From an uncultured archaeon (GTDB taxonomy: Archaea; Iainarchaeota; Iainarchaeia; Iainarchaeales; CSSED10-239): a DNA stretch of 32,000 nt. The notes under the pieces were generated by a model. The model was not told where the DNA came from. It made no database searches and saw nothing but the letters and a program-made list of their open reading frames with translations. A program made the position numbers and the translations under genes. Location of the stretch: the NCBI GenBank assembly GCA_964463155.1, contig CAYXAY010000001.1, positions 30,001 to 62,000 on the forward strand, written 5' to 3'. The stretch's first letter is position 1. The number at the start of each line of letters is the position of its first letter. Shown one piece after another: positions 1-6,848 of this stretch.

Positions 1-287
1 TCTGAAAGTTTGTTGATAACGGTAATTGTACTGGTTATGTGGTTTCTATATTTTTCAATTGTTGTTTTTGGACAGATGTTTTTAAACATCAGCTTATAAT
101 ATTCGTTTTTTATCTCATAATTTGGTAACCTGTCAGAAACACACTTAAGTTTGTCAGTAACCCCCACTTGATAAGCAGAGATATACTTGTGCGCAAGGTC
201 GTTTCTTTGAAAGTCCTTGGTTTTTCTAACTTTATTAATAATAACATCCAATATATCCTTGGATTTAGTGATTTTTGGGAAGTTCAT
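1..287 (-). CDS. NOG1-like GTP-binding protein, N-terminal part only (gene runs off the window start)
   Basis: The minus-strand frame is open from the ATG (CAT at 285-287) to position 1. Translation is MNFPKITKSKDILDVIINKVRKTKDFQRNDLAHKYISAYQVGVTDKLKCVSDRLPNYEIKNEYYKLMFKNICPKTTIEKYRNHITSTITVINKLS. This resembles the helical N-terminal domain of archaeal NOG1/COG1084 GTPases. The G domain lies outside the window and cannot be checked. This ORF is not in the supplied track because it is truncated. Confidence 0.4.
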   Translation of the reverse strand, partial: MNFPKITKSKDILDVIINKVRKTKDFQRNDLAHKYISAYQVGVTDKLKCVSDRLPNYEIKNEYYKLMFKNICPKTTIEKYRNHITSTITVINKLS

Positions 288-386
288 ATTTTTCTTATTT
301 TGATTAAGTATTTAAAGGATTTGGTTATAAATATATATAATAATATAATATTTTATATATTCTTCTTTTAAAACGGTGTAAAATCT

Positions 387-1472
387 ATGAAAGTAATTAC
401 AGAAAAGAACTATAAAAAATTAATGTTAATACCATTAATAATAGCAATAATTTGTTTGTTCCTGATATTTGTACATCCAAAGGTACATAGAGGAATAGAC
501 CTAAAAGGAGGAAACCAATTGATCCTAAGACATGAAGGAGAATCAATAGAGCATTCAACCCTTGAGAGCATAATCCGGCAAAACTATTCATTAAAAGAAG
601 TATCAATTAACGAGACAACTGGACCTGGAAGCATAGGACTAATAATAGAGTATTCAAACAGCCCAGAGATAGAGAACGCAAAGCTTTCAAGAAATAGACT
701 TGATTTTAAAAATTCAAATATTGAGGACCTAAAAGTAAAATCAAAAGATGTATTGTCTCCTCTTCTTGCAAAAAAATACATTTCTCAAAAAGAAATAGAT
801 TACATTGATGATTTAAAAAACAAAGAAGACCTAAAAAATTATGTCACTGAAACAATAATTCTTGCAAATAATAATTTTAATAATTCTTTAGTAAACCTAG
901 TAAAATCTGAATTAAAGCTAGGAGAAGAAGCAAGAATCCAGACAAGAGAGATTTCAGCAACTCTTGGTAAAGACTTTGTAAAGTCTTCAATAACAGTAGG
1001 AATAATTGCTTTTACTCTTCTAACAATAGTAATATTATTGTTCTTTAGGGAAATAATTCCTTCTGGATTAATTATCTTTGCTGCAATATTTGATATCCTT
1101 GTAGGTCTTGCAGGAATGGCATTAATAGGTTTGCCACTGGGCCTAACAACAATTCCTGCCCTATTGATGCTTATTGGTTATTCTGTTGACACAGATATTC
1201 TTCTAAGCACAAAGTTATTAAAGCACAGGACAACAGACCCATACACAGCAGCAAACGATTCAATGAAAACAGGACTAACGATGACGATAACAACTCTAGC
1301 AACAGTTCTAGTGATGATGGTTGTTGCTTACTTTACTCAAATGCTTGTGGTTTTGGAAATCGCAGTGATTTTGTTCTTTGGTTTACTTGGAGACTTAATA
1401 TCAACATGGTTCTTCAATGCGTCAGCATTAATATCTTATGTTAAACACAAGGAGAAAAAAAGTCAAATTTAA
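387..1472 (+). CDS. secF: protein-export membrane protein SecF
   Basis: 361 aa with an N-terminal TM and a GIDLKGGNQL box. An extracytoplasmic loop of about 170 aa follows, then a C-terminal multi-TM block (LIGYSVDTDILLSTKLL) typical of the SecD/SecF family. The larger paralogue follows after 17 nt with an AGGGG Shine-Dalgarno. The F versus D assignment rests on loop size and the archaeal secF-secD gene order. Confidence 0.75.
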   Translation: MKVITEKNYKKLMLIPLIIAIICLFLIFVHPKVHRGIDLKGGNQLILRHEGESIEHSTLESIIRQNYSLKEVSINETTGPGSIGLIIEYSNSPEIENAKLSRNRLDFKNSNIEDLKVKSKDVLSPLLAKKYISQKEIDYIDDLKNKEDLKNYVTETIILANNNFNNSLVNLVKSELKLGEEARIQTREISATLGKDFVKSSITVGIIAFTLLTIVILLFFREIIPSGLIIFAAIFDILVGLAGMALIGLPLGLTTIPALLMLIGYSVDTDILLSTKLLKHRTTDPYTAANDSMKTGLTMTITTLATVLVMMVVAYFTQMLVVLEIAVILFFGLLGDLISTWFFNASALISYVKHKEKKSQI

Positions 1473-1489
1473 AAAAGGGGTTTTTCAAA

Positions 1490-3130
1490 ATGAAAAGTTT
1501 ATTAAAAAGACCAAGAATCATAATTTGGATTTTAATTGTAATAATAGCAATAGTACTACTAGCAACAAAGGGACTACAATATGGTGTTGATTTTTCTGGG
1601 GGAACAGCATTTCAAATAGTTCTGGAAAAGCCTGTTGAGCAAAACGAGATGCCACGTGTTGTTGCAGTAATCTCAAGAAGACTTGACTGGGCAGGACTAA
1701 AGGATGCCAAAGTGACTTCAGCAGGTAACCAGTATATAACTGCTCAGCTTGCAGAGTCTGATCCTGATGAGATTGCTAGACTTAAAAACACTCTTTTAAA
1801 ACAAGGTAAGTTTGAGGCCATCCTTGATGGAGAAGTGTTGTTTGTTGGTGAGGATATAAGAACGGTCTATAAAGACCCAGCAAGAGGGTATGGTATTCAG
1901 ACAATAGACAAGTCCGGCGCAAGCCAATGGGTACTGCCATTTATGCTTTCTCCTGAAGCATCTAGAAGGTTTGCAGAAATGGCTTTCCACAAATGCACCC
2001 CAACAGGCTATGAAAACAAAAAAGTTACTTATGATTGTGAAAAAACATATTTCTTTATTGACAGACCAACTGATGCAATAATACTTGTTGATTATGAAAC
2101 ATATGTTGATGAAAAACAAGTCCCTGCGTCTCCAGAACTTGAAAACAGCGATATGATTCCTTTTGAAGAGATTGTTTCTCAATTAAACACAAACTATTAC
2201 ATTGTTGATAATAATCTAAGTTCAGAACAGCTTACAAAGATAACTGTGGATTTAAAAACCCATTCAAAAGCAATTGTTTCTTCTTCAATTTCTCAAAGCG
2301 TAAGAAACCAACTTTTACAATTAGGATATAAAGTAGTTGTTATTAACAAACCCGAAACCCAACCGTGGGTTTGGGAAGCAACAGGCCTAAAGTCAGTTAT
2401 TTCATTAACAGAAGGAGTAGCAAACATGTCTGCGCCATCAACAACGTCTTCAAAATTTGAAATATTTAATAATCTAACAATAACAGGAACCGCAGCAAGC
2501 CAAGAGGACGCAAAAGAAAGGCTTGATGATTTATTAGTTATTCTAGAATCAGGCTCTCTTCCAATACCAATAGAAAGCATAAGCACAGAATCTATTTCTC
2601 CATTCCTTGGGAAGGAGTTCTTGCATAATTCAGTATGGATTGGCTTATTTGCATTATTAACTGTTGCGTTGGTATTATTCATAAGATACAGAGTATTCTT
2701 ATTAACTATTCCAATACTTCTAGCAGACATTTCAGAAGTATTAATAGTTCTTGGTTTCTTGTCATTGATACAGTTCAGGCTTGATCTTGCAACGATTGCA
2801 GGAATTCTTGCAACAATAGGTACCGCAGTTGATCACAAAGTAATAATTACTGATGAGCTATTAAAGGGAGAAGGAAAAGACCACTCAAGTTCAGAAAGTG
2901 TAACAACAAAAGTAAGAAAGGCGTTTTTCATTATCTTTGCTGCTGTTGCTACGGTCTTTGCAACAATGCTACCAATAATTTTCTTTAATGTTGGTTTAAG
3001 CAAGCTTGTTGGTTTTGCAATAACAATAATGGTCGGTTCATTAATTGGCATCTTGATAACTAGACCGGCCTATGCAGAGCTTGCAAAAGAGATTGTTCTT
3101 CTGCAGAAAATAAAACACGAAAAAAAGTAG
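1490..3130 (+). CDS. secD: protein-export membrane protein SecD
   Basis: 546 aa with TM1 and a GVDFSGGTAFQIVLE box. An extracytoplasmic domain of about 350 aa follows, then a C-terminal TM bundle (IAGILATIGTAVDHKVIITDELL) of the SecD/SecF family. It is tightly coupled to the upstream secF. Confidence 0.75.
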   Translation: MKSLLKRPRIIIWILIVIIAIVLLATKGLQYGVDFSGGTAFQIVLEKPVEQNEMPRVVAVISRRLDWAGLKDAKVTSAGNQYITAQLAESDPDEIARLKNTLLKQGKFEAILDGEVLFVGEDIRTVYKDPARGYGIQTIDKSGASQWVLPFMLSPEASRRFAEMAFHKCTPTGYENKKVTYDCEKTYFFIDRPTDAIILVDYETYVDEKQVPASPELENSDMIPFEEIVSQLNTNYYIVDNNLSSEQLTKITVDLKTHSKAIVSSSISQSVRNQLLQLGYKVVVINKPETQPWVWEATGLKSVISLTEGVANMSAPSTTSSKFEIFNNLTITGTAASQEDAKERLDDLLVILESGSLPIPIESISTESISPFLGKEFLHNSVWIGLFALLTVALVLFIRYRVFLLTIPILLADISEVLIVLGFLSLIQFRLDLATIAGILATIGTAVDHKVIITDELLKGEGKDHSSSESVTTKVRKAFFIIFAAVATVFATMLPIIFFNVGLSKLVGFAITIMVGSLIGILITRPAYAELAKEIVLLQKIKHEKK

Positions 3131-3167
3131 TAAAACAATTGAAAAAATACTAAACAAGAACATGTAA

Positions 3168-3174
3168 TTTTTTT
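3168..3174 (+). terminator. oligo-T tract (T7) downstream of secD, candidate archaeal terminator
   Basis: A TTTTTTT run lies about 40 nt after the secD stop in a convergent intergenic region. Archaeal termination commonly uses oligo-T tracts. Confidence 0.3.
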
Positions 3175-3296
3175 CTAACAAACGGCTTTTACCACCACCA
3201 GTATATGGTCAATTAATATACAAAATAGAATAATTGTATTCTTCCTTTTCTTTTTCAAACAAAAGAGCATTTAATTTTTGGATTTATTTTACATCC

Positions 3297-3743
3297 TTAA
3301 TGTTTGCTTTTCTTATTTGCATTTTTTTCACCAACACAAATCTTTACAAGCCAAACAACAATTGCTGCCGTGAAAAACCATGAAAAGACATGCACGATGT
3401 TTGCAATACCAATGTTATCAGCAAGCATAACTACAATTATTCTTATTAAATTAACAAGCCACAAAAGGATCACACTAGCAACTACAACTTTTGCTTCTGG
3501 CTTAATCGTAATAGCCAAAAACCCAGCAATCACAGCTAGATAAGTAGAAATAGAAACAATTCCGGAGCAATAAATAACAAACTCAAAATTATTGTAATTA
3601 ACAATGTCTCGCAGTACTAATTTGATTAGGCTTTCTTCAATACCAACCAATATGTTTCCAAAAACATAAACTCCAAGAAGCAGTAATAAAGCATAAGCAA
3701 TAATGAAGCCCACAATAAAGATTATCTTTTCTTTTGTTTCCAT
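3297..3743 (-). CDS. mini archaeosortase/exosortase-family transpeptidase (ArtE-like short form)
   Basis: 148 aa, about 4-5 TM helices. It carries the three family signature residues in the right order and spacing. The Cys sits in a CSG box (FVIYCSGIVS). The Arg sits in an NxxR box about 42 residues later (WLVNLIRIIVV). A downstream His follows (NIVHVFSWFF). Confidence 0.6.
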   Translation of the reverse strand: METKEKIIFIVGFIIAYALLLLLGVYVFGNILVGIEESLIKLVLRDIVNYNNFEFVIYCSGIVSISTYLAVIAGFLAITIKPEAKVVVASVILLWLVNLIRIIVVMLADNIGIANIVHVFSWFFTAAIVVWLVKICVGEKNANKKSKH

Positions 3744-3793
3744 TACATAAAATATATAAACACAAATATTTTTTAATGGTTGTCTGTGATTAT

Positions 3794-3837
3794 GTGTTCA
3801 TTTGTAATGAACAACAGTGTTCATCAGTAATGAAAAC
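3794..3837. repeat. tandem pair of about 21 nt imperfect palindromes (GTGTTCATnnGTAATGAAnAAC x2)
   Basis: 3794-3815 reads GTGTTCATTTGTAATGAACAAC and 3817-3837 reads GTGTTCATCAGTAATGAAAAC. Each unit contains the GTTCAT/ATGAA(C) dyad around a 5 nt core. The pair lies in the promoter-proximal region upstream of the archaeosortase gene. Confidence 0.5.
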
Positions 3838-4011
3838 CGCTATATACTAATTAGCAAGTGGTTATTAAGTGCCTTAAAAAAATTCAATCTAAAGGAAGGA
3901 ATAATTCTTACAATTAATCAAGAAGGCATTATAAAAGAAAAAGAATTTAAAATACAAGTAATTCCAGTGTGGAAGTGGCTTACTTTAAATCAAATAAAGA
4001 GCAAGCATTGA
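3817..4011 (+). pseudogene. possible 3-prime remnant of a COG1373/DUF4143-type AAA ATPase gene
   Basis: This 64 aa ORF ends ...ALKKFNLKEGIILTINQEGIIKEKEFKIQVIPVWKWLTL. That matches my recollection of the characteristic C-terminus (..iP.W.wLl) of archaeal DUF4143 ATPases. No room exists upstream for the about 350 missing residues. The ORF overlaps the 3-prime end of the next gene by 27 nt. Confidence 0.3.
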
Positions 4012-4638
4012 AAATCCGCCAATAATAAGTGTTGTCAAGAAATTAGTCTGGCTATTGTCAAGATAACCCGCGGTCTCCAAAGTTGCACCAATAACACTAT
4101 CAACAAGGCTTCCAATTATTCCAAATGCAGATATGATAATTGCAATCTTAATATCAACCTTAAATATATAATAAAAAAAAACAAAAGTTATTGCTGAAAC
4201 AAACAATGCAGCAAGTAACCCTAAGATAGTTATCCCACCATTAGTTCCGTGCTCCACTTCCTTAAAGTTAGTGATTAACCATGGCTTTTTCTTTGAAAGC
4301 CTTCCAATCTCTGAAGACATGGTGTCAGAAAAAGCAGCACAAATAGTTGAAGCCGCTGCATAAATCTGTCCAAAAACCACTAAAATAGTTCCAACAAGAC
4401 AATTACCCAAAAGATTAACATAGCTTCTTTTTTCTTTTTTATTTTGAGTAATTATTGTTATTCCCTCAGCTAAGCAAAAATATAATAAAAGATAAATAAA
4501 AAGCATTTCTTTTCCAAAATACAAGAAAAGTCCCGACATTCCAAATATTATAGAAATAGTAAATATATCATACTTCTTTGTTATCCAAAGAACAATTCCA
4601 AGAACATAAAAAAAAAGAAAATAGAATATGAAGTTCAT
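3985..4638 (-). CDS. DUF92 / TMEM19 / VTE6-like integral membrane protein (putative polyprenyl-phosphate kinase family)
   Basis: 217 aa polytopic membrane protein with the family signature FSDTMSSEIGRLSKKKPWLITNFKEVEHGTNGGITILG (DTxxSEIG ... GTNGG). Confidence 0.7.
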   Translation of the reverse strand: MNFIFYFLFFYVLGIVLWITKKYDIFTISIIFGMSGLFLYFGKEMLFIYLLLYFCLAEGITIITQNKKEKRSYVNLLGNCLVGTILVVFGQIYAAASTICAAFSDTMSSEIGRLSKKKPWLITNFKEVEHGTNGGITILGLLAALFVSAITFVFFYYIFKVDIKIAIIISAFGIIGSLVDSVIGATLETAGYLDNSQTNFLTTLIIGGFSMLALYLI

Positions 4639-4648
4639 ATTTCCTCTA

Positions 4649-5218
4649 TCATACTAATGTGGCTTTGATTATCATGACTTTATTAATGTAACCAAACTTT
4701 ATTAGTTTTGCCTTACATTTTTCTGAAAGATGTTGAAATATAATGTCATTCCAGTTTTCTTTTGTAGTCTTTGCTGAAATCTCTTCTTTAAAAAAATCAA
4801 CAATTGCTTTTCTTGTCTGCGTTCTTAATGGGGTTGTAAATTTTGCGCCGGTTATTGCCATTACTTTTATCTTTAATTTGCTTCCATCCTTTGTTGCAAC
4901 ATAGAAAACAGGTTCGATTTTTGACTTTTGTCTTCTTATCATTCTTCTTAAAAATCCGTGTTTAGCTTCAAACAAAGAAATGATGGTGTCAGCTTTAGCT
5001 CCTATTACCTTGTTAATCTTGAAAGTTACTTCAAAGCTTGAATCTCTGAAGTTTCCTGTTAACTCATTTAATCCTTTTTTGATATTTCTACCAATTAGGT
5101 TTTTTGGTAGTATTGCAACAGTCTCTCCAATTTTTTTTTCATCAAATGTGGAGTCTGCAGAAATATCATACCATTTCTTTTTTCTCCAATTATCTACTGT
5201 GCTTTTTTTGTCTGCCAT
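4649..5218 (-). CDS. rps3ae: 30S ribosomal protein S3Ae (eS1)
   Basis: 189 aa. KKKWYDISADSTFDEKKIGETVA...LIGRNIK matches the conserved eS1 N-terminal block (KKKWY.i.AP..F....iGET). Length is typical. Confidence 0.9.
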   Translation of the reverse strand: MADKKSTVDNWRKKKWYDISADSTFDEKKIGETVAILPKNLIGRNIKKGLNELTGNFRDSSFEVTFKINKVIGAKADTIISLFEAKHGFLRRMIRRQKSKIEPVFYVATKDGSKLKIKVMAITGAKFTTPLRTQTRKAIVDFFKEEISAKTTKENWNDIIFQHLSEKCKAKLIKFGYINKVMIIKATLV

Positions 5219-5229
5219 GTTTAAACACC

Positions 5230-5631
5230 CTATTTAACAAGAAGCTTAGCTGAATCGTCTGAGTATCTCCAAGCCCCGTCTATTTTCTTTCTTTTGATAT
5301 AGTATTTTCTAAGTCTATTGACTTTTGACACAGTTTTTTTATATCCTCTTTTTGCGCTTGTGTCTTTTTTGTTTTCTTCTTTATGCTTAATCAATTTTAC
5401 GCTTTTCTTAATAAGATAAAGTAATTCGTCAGGTAGCTTGTCTTTTTTAAGATTAAGCTCTGCTTGAACCTTCCTAATTTTCTTTCCTGTTGCTTCAAAA
5501 ACTGACTTTACGCCATATTTTTGCTTTAAAATAAGTCCAATTTCTGCTGTTGTCTTACCTTTATTTGTAAGGTATTCTATTTGGTCATAGATTTCCTTCT
5601 TTTTAGTTAGTTCTTTTTTTTCTTCGCTCAT
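5230..5631 (-). CDS. rps15: 30S ribosomal protein S15 (uS15, S13e type)
   Basis: 133 aa. Matches include TAEIGLILKQKYGVKSVFEATGKKI, LPDELLYLIKKSVKLIKHKEENKKDTSAKRGYKKTVSKVNRLRKYY and a WRY tail, all fitting archaeal uS15. It lies 11 nt upstream of rps3ae. Confidence 0.85.
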   Translation of the reverse strand: MSEEKKELTKKKEIYDQIEYLTNKGKTTAEIGLILKQKYGVKSVFEATGKKIRKVQAELNLKKDKLPDELLYLIKKSVKLIKHKEENKKDTSAKRGYKKTVSKVNRLRKYYIKRKKIDGAWRYSDDSAKLLVK

Positions 5632-5780
5632 TATATCACATTATTTTTCTCTTAATTATCTTCTAGCCTGTGTCGATTAATAGGCGCTAATTAATAAAAA
5701 ATATAGCCGCATAAAATAGGTCTATAATATATATATATATTCTTGGGGCGATTTATTTATATATATTATTATTTAGCTTT

Positions 5781-6332
5781 CTATAGATATCTTGCTCTTT
5801 TCTCTATTTCTGCGATTTTTTCAAGAACTTCTTTGTTCTTATAGCCTTCTGCTATTTCTTTCCAAAACCCCTCTGTCTTCTTGCAAGCAAGAAGGGTTTT
5901 TTTAAAGACTAAAAGGTCAGTAGCTTTATCTTCTATCTTGTTTGAAAGAAAGCCAAGACCAAAGTCTATAAAGTAGATTTTCTTGTCTTTGGTGGTGATG
6001 ATATTAATAAGATTAAGATCTCCATGAATAATTCCAGCATCATGAAGCTTAGCTATTTCTCTTCCAATCTCTTTTGTAAATTTCTTATGCTTACAGGTGT
6101 TTTCAAGTTTCTCCATAACAATATTGTTTTCAGAAACAGAATAGATGATAGGGGTATTAACACCAGCAACTTTTGCGCGTTTTAGAAGCGTAGATTCTTG
6201 CTTGTTTCTAGTCTTAATAAGTTTTTTGTCTAAAACAGGATCACGATAGCTTTTAGAAACTCTTTGCTTAACAATTTTTTTTCCTTCAAGGTAAATAACA
6301 GCTTCAGCGCCCTTGTTTATTTCTTTTTTCAT
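5781..6332 (-). CDS. bud32: KEOPS subunit Bud32 (Kae1-associated atypical kinase)
   Basis: 183 aa minimal RIO-like kinase. It has a GAEAVIY glycine loop, a catalytic HGDLNLINII box and an FIDFGLG metal-binding loop. Size is typical of stand-alone archaeal Bud32. Confidence 0.85.
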   Translation of the reverse strand: MKKEINKGAEAVIYLEGKKIVKQRVSKSYRDPVLDKKLIKTRNKQESTLLKRAKVAGVNTPIIYSVSENNIVMEKLENTCKHKKFTKEIGREIAKLHDAGIIHGDLNLINIITTKDKKIYFIDFGLGFLSNKIEDKATDLLVFKKTLLACKKTEGFWKEIAEGYKNKEVLEKIAEIEKRARYL

Positions 6333-6344
6333 GACGTTATCTCT

Positions 6345-6848
6345 TTAACAAATAGGAAGATCTCTAGCAACATCTCTTTGTTCTTCAACAGGGTAATAGT
6401 TTTCAAGCACATCTATATAACGACCCCAACGTATTTTGTCAAGTTTCTTAGAATAAGAGTTTTGGAATTCTTCTAAAACCTTGTCTCTTTCCTGAATTTG
6501 CATTTCAATCTTTGCAAGAGTGGTTCTAGTTACACATTGATTTTCAGTGATTGCATATCTTACAAGCCTATCTATCTTTTTTGCGTCCTCATAAAGATAA
6601 ACATAATCAACAATGGGTTTAGTGTATTTTTCAGCACCAACGCCCATTAACTCAGAAACATATGCTTGATAGTCTCCAGGAATCAAATAACTGCCAGCAA
6701 TGTAATATTTCTCATTAATAGCAGATATCTTGTTTATCTGATAATTAGATATAAACATTATCAAGGCATAGACAAGCACAACAGCGATCATTATAACAAT
6801 AAGTCCTCCTAAAAAGGTTTTTTTGTTTCTTGTGTGTGCTAATGACAT
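6345..6848 (-). CDS. hypothetical membrane-anchored protein
   Basis: 167 aa with a single N-terminal TM (FLGGLIVIMIAVVLVYALIMFI) and a soluble C-terminal domain. No family recognised. Its start abuts the valS stop, and bud32 follows after 12 nt. Confidence 0.5.
   Translation of the reverse strand: MSLAHTRNKKTFLGGLIVIMIAVVLVYALIMFISNYQINKISAINEKYYIAGSYLIPGDYQAYVSELMGVGAEKYTKPIVDYVYLYEDAKKIDRLVRYAITENQCVTRTTLAKIEMQIQERDKVLEEFQNSYSKKLDKIRWGRYIDVLENYYPVEEQRDVARDLPIC

Noticed and set aside
168-371. 67 aa + strand ORF from the track
   Set aside because: It lies antisense to the better-supported NOG1-like N-terminus and runs through the divergent promoter region. It is a low-complexity Ile/Phe/Asn-rich peptide typical of spurious ORFs in AT-rich DNA.
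1796-3051. Antisense ORFs inside secD (1796-2182, 2293-2730, 2833-3051), plus similar ones inside secF, valS, thiI, cdc6, PCNA and others
   Set aside because: Each is fully embedded opposite a gene with strong family motifs and has no motifs of its own. These are expected shadow ORFs.
3304-3543. 79 aa + strand ORF opposite the archaeosortase gene
   Set aside because: The - strand frame carries the ordered Cys/Arg/His archaeosortase signature and a coherent TM topology. The + strand frame has no such support.
5727-5740. (AT)7 microsatellite in the rps15/bud32 intergenic region
   Set aside because: It is short and sits in a TATA-rich promoter region where such runs are expected. It does not recur elsewhere in the window.
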